DNA from: Microthyrium microscopicum | Taxonomy: Eukaryota | Reading direction: 5' to 3' | Length of the DNA stretch: 64,000 nt | Assembly: GCA_010405405.1 (NCBI GenBank) | Contig: MU004241.1 | Coordinates: forward strand, 558,001-622,000 | Shown: positions 25,141 through 39,399 of the stretch, piece by piece | Position numbering within the stretch: position 1 is the first letter of the stretch | Layout of the letters: each line of letters begins with the position of its first letter | Position numbers and translations under genes: made by a program | The notes under the pieces: model-generated | Told to the model about the DNA's origin: nothing | Seen by the model: only the letters and a program-made list of their open reading frames with translations | Databases searched by the model: none

Positions 25141-25229
25141 ATAATACTATAGTACTAATAGGCTAGTAATATATAATTATAAAGAAAATAACTAAGTCTA
25201 AGAATATAATTAATTTTATTTTATATTTA

Positions 25230-26032
25230 TCTACTACTTTTTATTAAATAACGCTACTACTCTACTTAACAACTAAGATATCTTTACTAATAAATCTATT
25301 TTTATGCTTTAAGTATAAAGCTCTAATAAGATAGCTTATAAGTAAGCTAAATTAGTAGCTAATATAGCTATATTAATCTTTAGCTTCTTTTTCTTTTACT
25401 ACGCTAGTAAGGCTATAGTAGAAGTAAACTAAGCTCTATAGCTAGTAAACTTACTTACTAAATCCTTTATAACCTCTACCTACTTAGTAGCCTTTTTATT
25501 TATACCTAATAATATATACTCCTTAATATCCTAATAGAGGTTAACTAGGTTAGCTATTACCTTATTAAAAGCATATTAGAGGCGCTTATTCTACTCCTTT
25601 AACTTTACTAGTACCTTATTATAATATTAGAAAAGGTAAAAGATTAAAAATAAGGATATACTTATAGCTTTATACTTAGAATATTACTCTTTATAATAAA
25701 AATAAGGATACTAGCTAAGGCTAACCTAACTATAGATATAGGTAATTACTATAGTAAGTACGCTAAGATTAATTAAGTACTTACTATTAAGTAACTTTAT
25801 GTAATAGCGTAATACTTAGAAATAGTATAGATAGATTTTTACGCTAAGAGTATATATAGTCTATATTATAATAGTTAATACTATATATAAAAGGATACTA
25901 AAAGACTTATAATAAGAGCTAAGATAGAATTAGCTAATTTTACGTCTAAGAATAAAGTAGTATTTTTAATATTTATAGATAAAGTAGTTTTTGCCTTCTT
26001 TAAAGATAATAGAAGGGGGATACCTATAGGCA
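25230..26032 (-). pseudogene. Antisense spliced ORF in the LINE 3' region with a Zn-cluster-like Cys pattern
   Basis: Minus strand reads KIYLYYF...TYIY...YPYFYYKE*YSKYKA|intron 25665-25615|VLVKLKE. With TAT read as TGT this gives CxxC...C...CxxCxxxxxxC..VP, followed by a helical K/E-rich segment. Confidence 0.5.
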
Positions 26033-26948
26033 TAAAACGTTTACTAAGTACCTAAAGGTAAAAAAGAGAGAAGAAAGAAGAGCCTATAAAGGACTTACCC
26101 TTAGAAAAGAAATTAGAGAGAGTAGGAAGTATAATAAAAACTTAAAGAAAAAAAAGTAACTAAAACTATATAAATTTAAAATGCTTTATACTCTAAAGAT
26201 AGACTATATAGACTACTAGAAACTTAGAAGTAGCTATTTAGTAGCCTATTATATAATATTAAAGAGTATAGATTAATAAGGAAAACTTAGTTAAGGAGTA
26301 TTATAAGTACTCTACTTAATAGACATTAAAAGAGAAGGCTTAATATAGCTAAGAGATATTATAATACTAGAGCTTATTAAGGGTAGAAATTAATTATAAA
26401 AACTTAAGAATACGCATTATATATATCTATTATAAAACTATATAGAAAGTTAACTATATAAAAATAATAGCTATAGGCCTCTAGGAAAGGAAAAATTAAT
26501 AGAAACTTATTAAACTATAATAGTAAAACTTAATAATAAGGCAATACTAAATAGAAATAGGCACTAAAAAGCTAGATTTAACCTATCCTACATTGTAAAA
26601 AAATTATTATTAATTTAAGTTATCTAATAACACTATAACTACTTATTACTATAATACGTAGTCCTATATCTAAGTACTTAACTTAACATCTAATTCGTTT
26701 AAAATATATAGAATAATTAAAATAAATTTACTAATTTAAGATATATTAAATAGAAATAAGAACTAAAACTACTTATAGCGTTTAAATTAATAAAATAAGA
26801 TAAACTATTAAAGTACTTCTATAAAGCTAATAAAGGATATTCTTTAAATAAGATAAATAATTAGAATTCTTAAATAAGTCTAATATACTCTATTACTTAA
26901 GTAATATTAATAGCTAGAACTAGTATATATTTATAATAAATATTATTA

Positions 26949-27943
26949 NNNNNNNNNNNNNNNNNNNNNNNNNNNNNNNNNNNNNNNNNNNNNNNNNNNN
27001 NNNNNNNNNNNNNNNNNNNNNNNNNNNNNNNNNNNNNNNNNNNNNNNNNNNNNNNNNNNNNNNNNNNNNNNNNNNNNNNNNNNNNNNNNNNNNNNNNNNN
27101 NNNNNNNNNNNNNNNNNNNNNNNNNNNNNNNNNNNNNNNNNNNNNNNNNNNNNNNNNNNNNNNNNNNNNNNNNNNNNNNNNNNNNNNNNNNNNNNNNNNN
27201 NNNNNNNNNNNNNNNNNNNNNNNNNNNNNNNNNNNNNNNNNNNNNNNNNNNNNNNNNNNNNNNNNNNNNNNNNNNNNNNNNNNNNNNNNNNNNNNNNNNN
27301 NNNNNNNNNNNNNNNNNNNNNNNNNNNNNNNNNNNNNNNNNNNNNNNNNNNNNNNNNNNNNNNNNNNNNNNNNNNNNNNNNNNNNNNNNNNNNNNNNNNN
27401 NNNNNNNNNNNNNNNNNNNNNNNNNNNNNNNNNNNNNNNNNNNNNNNNNNNNNNNNNNNNNNNNNNNNNNNNNNNNNNNNNNNNNNNNNNNNNNNNNNNN
27501 NNNNNNNNNNNNNNNNNNNNNNNNNNNNNNNNNNNNNNNNNNNNNNNNNNNNNNNNNNNNNNNNNNNNNNNNNNNNNNNNNNNNNNNNNNNNNNNNNNNN
27601 NNNNNNNNNNNNNNNNNNNNNNNNNNNNNNNNNNNNNNNNNNNNNNNNNNNNNNNNNNNNNNNNNNNNNNNNNNNNNNNNNNNNNNNNNNNNNNNNNNNN
27701 NNNNNNNNNNNNNNNNNNNNNNNNNNNNNNNNNNNNNNNNNNNNNNNNNNNNNNNNNNNNNNNNNNNNNNNNNNNNNNNNNNNNNNNNNNNNNNNNNNNN
27801 NNNNNNNNNNNNNNNNNNNNNNNNNNNNNNNNNNNNNNNNNNNNNNNNNNNNNNNNNNNNNNNNNNNNNNNNNNNNNNNNNNNNNNNNNNNNNNNNNNNN
27901 NNNNNNNNNNNNNNNNNNNNNNNNNNNNNNNNNNNNNNNNNNN
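26949..27943. other. Assembly gap (995 N)
   Basis: Run of N. Confidence 1.
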
Positions 27944-28169
27944 TATATTTATAATATTCTAGATACTAATATAGGTATAATATAGTAGATAGCTCTAATT
28001 ACTATATATAGAGCTACTTTAGAAACTAGCCTTACTAGAATAATTACCTAAATACTTAGAATTGTCTAGGATTATTTAGGATTATCTAGAAGAATTAGAA
28101 GCCTCTACTCATCCTTATTAGAATTAAATACTTTATTATATTATAGTATTAGATCTTAACTTTATAAAC

Positions 28170-30900
28170 TACCTTATTATAGGTATATTAAGATTAAGTT
28201 CTATAATACTATACCCTTCTTATTATTATCTATAATCTATACTTCCTTCTTTTAGCTTAAGTCTTTATCTATAAGATAGAATAATAAGGCATAATTTAGA
28301 TCTTTCTTATTATTAGTAGCGTCTATAATATCCTAAGGGGTTAGAAGGCCCCTAAGGTTTAGTAGCTTAGTTTCTATCTATCCTAGTTTAGTAAACTAAA
28401 TATATATCCTTTTTAGCTAATTCTTATTACTAAGTTCTATTTATATAATTTATTAGTAATTAGAGCTTATATATTTACTTAAATATATAAGACTTACTTA
28501 TTAGGTCTATATAATTAGGATTATTCTACTTATTATCTACTTTATGCTTATTATTAGCTAAGAACTTACTATATAATATTACTTTCTTAGGCTATAGGGT
28601 ATATTCTTTATATTTATGTTGCTTATTAAACTTAGCTTTAGAACTACTTTGCTTATACCCTAAATATTATAATAGCTTAGAGGAGTTTTAGTTCTTGTTG
28701 TCTTCTTAAGTAGGTAGATTATAATTATCTTTCTATATAAGCTAAGGTTTTGCTTAAATAGTAATATTAGTAAGATTATTACTAGTTTTTTAAAGAATAT
28801 ACTTTATAAAGCTTATTAATATTATTATAGTTAGAAATATATATGTCTAATATTAGCTCTTATTATTTTTTATATTATATTTTAGTTTTATATAATATAA
28901 GATCTTTAATAGTTTTTTAAATAAGTAAGCTTATTTTTTATTTTAAATAAGGTAGTTATAAGTTCTATTATTTAAGCTATTTTTAATAACTTGCTATAGT
29001 TACTAATTAGTATTATATTATTTATTTAATAACCTAAATTACCTTAATATATAGGTAAGTTATACTAAAAATTATTAACTTTTTAGGTAATAGTTTCTAT
29101 ATATAGCTTAATAAGTATATAGATATATGTAATAAGTTTACCTAAAAATAGTAATTTTATAGTCTTTATAGCTTAGTAGTCTCTAAAATATTTTCTACCC
29201 TAACTAAGTATAAGGATTTTATGCTTATAACTAGTATGTAAATAGAATAGTAAGTTATTAATAAGAAAAGGAATTATCTTACTAATAAATAATATATATT
29301 CTTAGAAGTATTATTAATATATAGTTATAATTTAGTCTTATTTAAAAATATAAACTTATATAAGGTTTACTTTCTCTATTTTTACTATGCTTATATAATT
29401 TAGTAAAGTTACTATCTTTTCTTAGCTACTTAGTAAACTTCTATATATCTAGTTTCTTAATCTTAAGTAATTTTAGGAATATAGAGTTAAATAGTACTAA
29501 CTAGTATATATCTTACTTAGTCTAAATATTTAGTAATAATATTTTTAACTATTTAGATATAGTAATTCTATGCTAACTAATGTAATGCTATATCTAGGTA
29601 GTTTTTAAAGTTAGCTAAATTCTATATATACTATATCTAAAAAGATATAAGAATAAACTTATATTCCTATAGAATTAGTTATACTTAGATATAGTTAGTA
29701 CCTTTAGGATATTAATTACTATAGTTAGGAACTTAGGTAGCGCCTCTTCTAAATATACTTTATAGTAATAGTTCTAAAGCTTATTACTTATTATACTTTA
29801 CTTATTAATATTGTTTTAATAATTTAGCTAAGGATCTAAGTTATACTTACTATTAAGAGTAGCTAAGGTTAGTTTATTTATAGTTAACTTAATAACTTTA
29901 TTATTATATAGACCTTAGCTTAATATAGGTTCTTATTTACTTTTTCTTATAGGTAAATGTAAACCTTATAATAGACTAAATCTATTAATAAGATTATTAG
30001 TATTATAATAATAAGCTTAGAAAGAAATAGTTATTTAAAGATTATATATAGCTACTAAGGTATAGAAACTAGTAGACTAGATTATATAGATTATAAAGAG
30101 AGCTTATTTATATTTATACTATATATAAGGTAATTACTAAAAAAATAATTGCCTAAGCTAAGAATAAATATTTAGTCTATATTAGAAAGTAGTAGGTTAT
30201 ATATTTATGCTTATCTTAGTTTCTATAAATAAAAATAACCTAGCGTAGCGTTTTTATTACTTATAATTTAAGAAGGGCTATAATTAGAAGAATCTACTTT
30301 AATACTATTATATTAGCTTATATATATAATAAGGTAGAAATAAAATAGAATAAAAGAGATAGATACTAGTATATTATATAATACTACGTTACTTATTAAG
30401 CTTTTCTAAGTAATTATATTACTATAACTAGTAAGATAAAGAGAAGAAGTTTCTAGAATAGTTTAAGACTTATATATTTATTAGTATTTATTAGTTTTCT
30501 AAATAAATCTAAATAAATAAATAATAGAAATACTTAGCTACTACTAAAAGATTTATCTAAGGTACTTATAGGTCTTATATCTTAAATAGCTTCTAGAGCT
30601 TTATTAGAAGTAGCGTTTAATACTATATAGGAATTATGACTTAATTAATATTTAATAGGAATTATTTTTTTAGAAATTATTAAGCTAGTTTTTAGATAGT
30701 TAAGTAAGCTTAACTTAGAGTTTAAGGCCTAGAGTTTATTAGTACCTCTAGATTTATAAGTATTATTTTGCTTAATAGTAGTACCTTTAACTTATATCTA
30801 CTTAGTTAGGTCTAAAAACTTTATCTATTTATCTAGCTAGCGAGCGATTATTATATTAGCTAATATTTAGTTTAGTAAGTATATTTAGAGTATATTATAT
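28170..30900 (-). pseudogene. RIP-degenerated multi-exon gene(s), unknown function
   Basis: Minus-strand introns (e.g. GTAAGT at ~28497 ... TACTAAT ... TAG at ~28437; another at ~28802-28753) join codon-like exons. No domain recognised. Confidence 0.4.
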
Positions 30901-31579
30901 TAGTATTAAACGTCTATTTTATAAAGTCTATTCTGTTTTATTTATTATAGCTCAAAAGGTCTTAAGCTATAAAGTTTTATAATAGAAATCTACTATTTCT
31001 AATAAAGAAGAATATATAAATTAGAATCTAATAAAAGTAAATTGTAGGCTAAGAAAATATACGTAATAGTTTACTTAGCCTTACTTCTCTTTATATCTTA
31101 ATCTTTATAAGTTTCTATAAGTCTACTTCTTATTTTACTTTTTATAATATTGCCTTACTTTACTAAATTTATTACGGTTTTATTAACTTAGTATAGGCTT
31201 ACTTAAGAGATTATATTATATATAAAACGTATTATTAGGATTTAAATATTAAAGTAAAGTAGTAGTAAGAATCTAATAAGTATAATATTATAATAAAGAT
31301 TACTAAGTATATAGGTATTTTAATAGAAATATATAATTAGTAGAACTTTAGATAAGTATAGTAAAGAATAAGAAGTAAATTATATAGAATAATAAAGAAA
31401 GAAGATAATATTTTAAAAGTTATACTATATAATATATAAAAGATATTAGTACTAGGACTAATTCTAGTAGCGTTTCTTATTACTTTTTAACTCTTAACTA
31501 ATATAGTATATGCTAAGTATATATAAAGGCTATATTCTTAAAACTTATTTAGCTATTATTATTAGTTCTTATTAAATAG

Positions 31580-32060
31580 GCTATTTTAAGGACTATATAA
31601 AAGGAGTAAGAGGAGGTAAGTTATGTTAAGCTATTTCTATATTACGCTATATTAATATAAGAGGTTAAACTAAAGTAGATTATAAAATCCTATTTAGCTA
31701 TTACTTTTTATTATTATTAGATTTGTTAATTCTAAGGCTACGTAAAAGGGGCTAGAGATTATTAAGTCGTACTAAGTAATTTCTATGCTACGCTATATTA
31801 AAGTAAAGACTAGGTAGTAATCCTATATTATAAAATTAGGTTTAGCCTATTATTATATTTAATTATCGTTTAATACGCTAATTATTATATATACTAATTC
31901 TTAGGCTATATAAAAGGGGCCTAAGATTATAAGCTTATACTAAGCTATTTCTATATTCCCTTATATTAAAGTAGAGGCTAGGTATTAATTTATATTATAA
32001 AATTGCGTTTAGCTATATTAATCTATATTATAAAGTTGCGTTTAGTTATTACGCTAATAT
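31580..32060. repeat. Degenerate tandem repeat, ~3 units of ~150-170 bp
   Basis: GGCTA(T/C)(A/G)TAAAAGG...TAAG(C/T)..TTTCTAT...TATATTAA recurs at ~31590, ~31735 and ~31904. Confidence 0.7.
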
Positions 32061-33245
32061 ATTATTAAACGTATAAGTAAGCTTAAGTATTATATAAAGT
32101 AGGTAAGAGATTTATAGTTTATAATTAATAATAGTAGGATAAGCTAAATCTAAATAGTTAAATAGAAGTTAATATTAGATTTACGCTATTTCCTATAAGA
32201 ACGTCTTAATTGCTACTCTATTAAGCTACTAAAAGTTTATATTCTCTTTTATTACTACTATGCTACTATAATAAGCAAAATACTAGCTACTATTATTACT
32301 CTTCCTATATAAGATAAGTTAATTATTTACTAAATTATTCTAGGAATATATAAATATATTTAGCTACTAACCTTTACTAGCTAGAGTAAGCTTATCTAGT
32401 TTATATAGGGGGACATTTTTAATAAAGAGGCTAGCATTAAACCTTTTAATTACTTTATTTAAGTAACTAGTCTATTAGTAATTACTATTATATTATTTTA
32501 TAGCAACTAGTTTATCTCTTTTAATTATAAGTAAGCTATAGAAGCTACCTTTATTACTAATTAAGCTAATATAGGGTCTAAACCTATAGAGTCTATAAGT
32601 CCTAAAGTATTATATTAGTTACTATCTTTATGTATATTAATAAATAATAGTTAAATACTAGGTATTACTATACTTATAGTCTATGCTTACTTAATAAGTC
32701 TAAACTCTTCTATTATTATATAATAGTTTAATTTTAATTCTATATATTAAACTTAGTAAGATATTAGTTAACTATTATAGTACTAATTATAAATACTATT
32801 CTAACCTTCTATAGATAATTACTTAATCTATATATTATATAACTATCTACTCTTTTATAAATATAGTAATAAATATATTAACTATATATAGACTAGCTAT
32901 ACTTTAATAAGTTATATTAATTCTATAGAAACTTATTATAAAGTATATAAGAAAATACTAAAGAATAGTATTCTAATAATCCTATAATATATAGATAATC
33001 TTTTATATACGTAAGCCTATTAGCTAGTTAGTACTATTAGATAGAACTTAATATTTATAGTGCTATAAAATACTATTTCTTAGTTAAATTCTACTAGTAT
33101 ATAAAGAATAAGTAATACTTTCTAGTTTTATTAAATAGGACTACTAAACTTAGCTAATATATATTAAAAGTCTAATTAAGATACTTCCTTAGTATTAGAA
33201 TTACTAATAATTATTAACTCTAATCTATTAGATACTACTCTAAAG

Positions 33246-33600
33246 TTAGAGTTATAAGCTCCTTCTATTATAAAGCTTAAGGCCTTTATTAAATAATTAC
33301 TAAACTAAGAGTTATAGTAGGCACCTTATTTTATAATTTTTATTAAATAACCTCTAGAATTAGAGTTATAAGCTTTATCTATTATAAAGCTTAAGACCTC
33401 TATTAAATAAGCTTTAAACTTAGAGTTATAGGCTCCTTTCCTTATAAAGCTTAAGGCCTCTATTAAATAAGCTTTAGACTTAAAGTTATAAGCTTCTTCT
33501 ATTATAAAGCTTAAGGCTCTTATTAAATAAGCTCTAAGCCTAGAGTTATAGGCTACTTCTATTATAAAGCTTAAGAACCTTATTAAATAAGCTCTAGAGC
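33246..33600 (+). repeat. 60-bp coding-type tandem repeat (~6 units) within a plus-strand gene relic (~32500-33900)
   Basis: TTAGAGTTATAAGCT...ATTATAAAGCTTAAGGCC..TATTAAATAAGCT at 60-bp spacing. Reverts to a P/E/S/A/Q-rich 20-mer like SESQAPSVxEPEAxxEQAP. Confidence 0.85.
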
Positions 33601-36600
33601 ATTTTATTAAAACTAAGTTATAATTATTTCTTTAACTTAAGATAGAGGCTAGCTCTTAAGTTTTACTAGAAGCTCTTATTAAGCCTAATATAAAGCTACC
33701 TTTTAATATTAAGCTTAAGGCATTTTTTAAAACTAGAATAAATACTATTATATTAAGAACTAAAATATAGCCTAATCTTTAAGTATCTAATAAACCTATA
33801 TTTAATTAATTTATAGTATTATTTACTATCTATACTAAGTAGCTAGTAGACTCTAAACGCTATTAACTTAATAGATATATATAGATATATTAAGAAGGTA
33901 ATTAGTTTACTATATAGGAGTAGTAAAATAAGTAATATGCCCTAAAGAGTAAAAAAATACTTAAACTAAAGCTAGGATTTAGATTAGTATATATAAGGAT
34001 TTAATATCTAAAGCTAACCTATCTTACTAAGCTATTAAGATCTAATACTAATTTATCTTGCCTAAAAAACGTTTACTTTATTAACTATAAGGTTATAAAG
34101 CTAGGTTTTAACTTAGAAATTAGGTATTTTAGTATACCTTAGTATCTTACTTATAATAATTAATATTATGCTTTGTTCTAATTATTAGTATATTTCCTAG
34201 GTTAAAAAGGAAGGAAGAACTTATAATAGTCTAAGGATTATATAATAATAAATTATATTTTATCTTTTAATTTATTTTATTACTTTAAATTTAATAGTCT
34301 ATCGCCTAATTAATATAGTACTATTAATTACTTTATAAAATAAGACCTTACTATTAATAGGAGTTCTTTTCGTTTAATTAAATTTATAGAAAAGTAAAAG
34401 CTCTTTATGTTGCCTATACTTAAAGAATTCTCTAAAGAACTTAACTATAGTATTATAATTTAGAGTATTAGCGTTTTTCTTAAAACTATTATAGCTACTA
34501 TTTATAAACTTTCTATAATCTAGAGTATAAATATAGTTGTTTACTACCTTATAAATATATATTTATATATTTATAACTACTAAAGAAGAGTTAGAGTCTA
34601 GAAGTATATATAGCTATACCTTAGGTTATATATTACTATAATTCTAAAATTATTTTAATTCTTTTAGCTTTAAGTTCTAGAGAGATGCTAGTAAAGTTCT
34701 ATTAATAATAGACTCTATTTATTATTAATAAATAGTTAAAGTTAGAATAGAGGTTTATTTACGTATATTCTAAGTTTAGGCTTTTATTTATTTTTATTAG
34801 CGTATATTTTATTAGTAATAATAGACTAATATAAAAAGTAATTTTTATTATTTATCCTTATATATAACTTTATTATACTTTATACTTAGCTAACGTAATC
34901 TTCTAATATATAGATAGCCTTATTTAGCTAGTAATTATATACTTAAGTATTATATAATATTAATAATTATTTCTTACTTTTCTTTATACGTATTATAATT
35001 ATTAAGACTATAGTATAAGTCTTAAAGTTACTTCTCTACGGCTATAGCTAATTAGATATATTTATTTAAGTTTATATTAAGTTATTATATTAGCTTCTTC
35101 TTAGTTATATTTAAATACTTCTTTAAGCTATTTTGCTATCTAGTTATATTATCTTCTAAAAGTCTAACTATAATATAAAGGAGTTATTAAGTAAAGAGGA
35201 TAGTATAAGATTAAAGTTAGAATAGAGAGAATATACTAAAGATTAATAATAAGTATATTATAAAGATTAGGAGTTATAAATTTATTATAATATAGAAAAG
35301 AGAATATAAGAGAAATATACTATAGTAGTACTTAAATAGTTAAAAACGCATTATTACTTAGGACTATATACTACTTATAACTAGATTTACTAGTTCTAAA
35401 GGCTTATATATTAAGCCTATAGATATCTTTACGCTACTAGAAAAAGACTTATAAACTTATATTTAGGTTAGTAGCTATAATTAGGTTATATTTATATATA
35501 AGATATAAAGTAAGTAGTAGTATTTAGTATTAATAGTATAATAAAGTAAATATTCTTTAAGGTTATATAAGATATTTTTAGAAATTTCTAAACTTATTTA
35601 GACTTTCTAGACTTTTTTAAATATACTATTATTTAAAACTTATATACTTTTAAGAAAGGTTACTTTATAGATATATTTATAGCTTAGAACTACTATCTTT
35701 ATATTTCTTATACTATAATATATAGTACTATAGATTTTATCCTTTAGTATAATAAGTTAGCTAATAGTTATAATTATTCTAATACTATAGGATTATAACT
35801 TCTATATTACTATAGTTTTACTTTATAATTTATTATTTAGTATATTTACTATACTTAAATAATAACTAAGTCTAGTATATAAATTCTAAAAAGTAATATC
35901 TATTCTAGATATAATTAAGGCATTCTATACCCTATTATAATAAAGGTCTAAATAGTAAATTATTCCTAGCCCTTTCTAATAACTAGCCTTCTATATATTA
36001 ATATTTTATAAGCTTCTATTATTAACGTAAGATTTCTAGTAATAACTTACTTACTAGTCTTATAATTTAAGAAATTATATATTTATAAAATAAACTATAC
36101 TTACTAAGATAAAGAGGGTTATATAGGTAGTAGTTTAGATATTCTAGCTTGTTTATTATTAGCTCTCTATATTTAAAATTATTAATAGCTATATAGTTTT
36201 ACTTATAAGATTACTATCCTTATCTCTATTAAGTTAAGAAATATTAGTACTAAAAGATATATTATAGTAATAAAGCCTTTAGTTATAATCTTTTACTTCT
36301 AAAAATAAATCTATAGTAATAACTTTAGATTTAGTAACTCTAATAAATTAATAAAAAGGTTAGTAATTATTATTATTATTCTATTTTTATTTAAAAGTAA
36401 AATAAGTAAATTAAGAGTATGCTATAAAGCTTAAAAATTATTTATAGCTACTTATATATAGTTACTACTATATAATAAGTTTGTCTTAAGTAGGTATTAT
36501 TATAAGCTTTAATATAGCTAGTTTACTTATAATTAGTATTAATTAAATAATAAGAAGTAATATAAATAAAATAAAAGTCTAATAGCTATTTTATATAAAG

Positions 36601-39399
36601 TAGACTTATAATAAGATTACGTCTTTTCTTTACTATAGTAGTTAAAAGTCTTAGTATATTATCTAAGACGCTATATTACGTTCTAAATCTTATATTATAT
36701 AATCTATTATAAACCCTATAGCCTTTTATAAACGTAATTCTATTAAGTACTTTATTTATAAAATACTAAAAGTAAGTACCTAAGTATATATAGTCTTTAA
36801 TATTTTCTAAGTTATTTCTACTAAGGTAAATAAGAAGTATATCTACTTAGAGGTAAATAGGAATAATATAAAGAGAAAATATAATATACTTAAATATTTT
36901 AGATTTAATAACTCTAGTTAATATTATATCTCCTTAATAGGAATTAAAGGCTCTTTTATTTTTAATAAATAATAATATTTCGTAATATAGACTAGGTTAT
37001 ACTAATTAATTTATAAAGCATACTAATAGAACTAAATAATAATAATTATTATTTAGTTCTCTACTTAAAGTACTAACCTCTTCTATTTTAATTTCTAGCC
37101 TAAATATAATTAATAATAATAATTTAGACTTTTATTACTTCTAAATTATTATATTAGCTTAGTTTTATAGCTAATTATAATAGTCTAGTTATTCTTTACC
37201 TCTACTTACTATATCTCTTCTTCTTTTACCTTCTATTCTATTTATTTCTTTTTCTTTTCTCTTTTCTCTTTTTATTTTTTATTCTTTTTACTTATAATCT
37301 TTTCCTTCTCCTCTTTCTTCTTATTTACTATTTTAAAGTATAAGTAAAAGAGGTAGTAGTAATAATATTAATATAGTAAATAGTTTTATAGCTAAGGTTT
37401 ATTTTATTTTAGTAAACTCTACTCTTTTCTCTTTAAAAATAATATCTTAACCTTTATACTAACTAATATATATTTAATATAAAAGTATAGTTACTATAGA
37501 TAAGAAAAAATAAGTAGTAAAAAAGAAGATAAGAAGCCTTAAAGCTTAGTAATAATTTTAAGTTTAAAACCTTACGTAACTTTTTTAATAGTTAATTAGA
37601 TTCTTAGATTTTAAGAGTAATAAGGTAATCCCTTCTATTAAATATACCTATAATTTAAGATTCTATTTCTCTTAATTATTACTTCTAATTACTACTTCTC
37701 TTATAACTTATCTTATTATTTACTATATATCTTCTATAAATAAGTATATTTAGAACGTCTAAGGTTATATTAAAAAGCTTTCTAATATAGAGACTAGAAC
37801 CTTTAAAATAAAAAAGTATAGATAAAGAAAATTATTTAAGCTTTTAGAGCTAATATTATTAATTAACTTTAATATAGTAACTATAGGTTTTATATAATAA
37901 CTTTTAGTTTCTACTTAGTAAAGAGTATCTTATATCTTAAACTTTAGGCCTTCTTAGCCTCTTTAGCTACTATCTTAATTTTATTTTTAAGTATAATCTT
38001 CTCTAATAAGTTAGTAACTTTTTCTACCTTAGTCTTCTCTTCTAACTAAGTCTTCTTTATAGCCTTCTTTATAGTCTTCTTTACGTACTTCTTTACTTTC
38101 TTTATATTTTCTAATTTCTTTATATTCTTAGCTTTTAAGTAAGAATATAAGATATAGTAAGCTTACTCCTAATAGAGTAAATAATTACGTAGCTATAACT
38201 CTATATTTGTAGAATAATTAGTCTATACTTAATTATTCTAGAGGATTATAGTTCTTACTCTTAATTTTATTTATATCTTAAGTATTACTTTACTCTTCCT
38301 TAGACTCCTTAAAAATTAGCCTAGGGTACTCTAAGTAGATTTAATTAAAGTATAGTAATACTTACCTAAGTAAATCTTAATAAGAGATATAGAAGGAATA
38401 GGTTGCTATAACTAGAATAAGTATATATTAAAGTATATATCTAAATAAAGCTAATTATAGAGAAGTATAATTATAGTTAACGTATTAAGATTAAATACTA
38501 TTTAAATTTAAATACTATATTAAGTTTCTTAAGGTTTATATATTTATATAAGCCTATTAGGTTTATAGAAGCTTAACTAAGTTTATAGATTATCTTAGTA
38601 TAAAAGATAATATAATATTTATAGTTATTAGTAGTAAATATAATACTAAAATAGATAAAGATATTAGGCGTAAAAATAGAGTTAAATAAGTAAGTTAGGA
38701 ATTAAAACTAGTAATAATTATTATAAGTAAGTCCTAAATTTAGGTAGTAAAGTTACTTAGACTAGTAGTTTATTATTAAGGTTATAAAAGGATATAGCCT
38801 TTCTTATCTAATTAAATAGAACTTAATACCTTAAGTTTAAGCCTTCTTAATCTCTAGTTCCTTATTCTTATCTTTTTTTATCTCTCTCTCTTTTATTACT
38901 TTTTCCTTAGCCTTTAGATATAGATAAAGTAAATAATAGAATTAATCCTAGTAAAGAGAGTAGTTATATAGCTAAATTTTTTTTAGTTTATTTAAGCATA
39001 TTAATAATGCTAGTGTTATAATATAGTATAATTTATTAACCTTTTACTAATAAAGATAATAGATTTACTTATAGAAAAGCTAAAGTTAAAGAACTAAACT
39101 ACTAATTTTTATTTTTAAGAGAGTTCTAATATTATAAATAAATAGAAAGAAGATTAATAAAATATCTTATTAGAACGTTAGCTTAGATTATTAATTACTT
39201 AATAGTATAAATAATATAACTTTATAATTCTTCCTAAGCTTTTTACCTAAGATCTTAATAAGAGCTATAGAAACTAATAGTACTACGTTATTTACTTTAT
39301 AAGTTAATATTACTAGAAAGAAAGAATATAAGTAGAATAGCGTTTATAAATAGATATAGCTAGGTTATATCTTATAAATATATATTAAAAAATATTTAG

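Larger units (their letters stand above)
19936..26602 (+). mobile_element. Full-length Tad1-like LINE (~6.7 kb)
   Basis: ORF1 and ORF2 relics. The 5' end GATTCATC and the 3' end CATTGT+A7 are flanked by a candidate 10-bp TSD ATTATTATTA (19926-19935, 26603-26612). The TSD is low complexity, so the ends are less certain than the family call. Confidence 0.85.

Noticed and set aside
19957..26597. TACAATG...CATTGTA as TIRs of a DNA transposon
   Set aside because: Only 7 bp of symmetry. The contents are LINE ORF1/ORF2, and the A-tail plus TSD explain the ends better.
26631..26660. CACTATAACT as a CACTA terminus
   Set aside because: No matching inverted end or TSD is visible. It more likely lies inside the element that starts at 19879.
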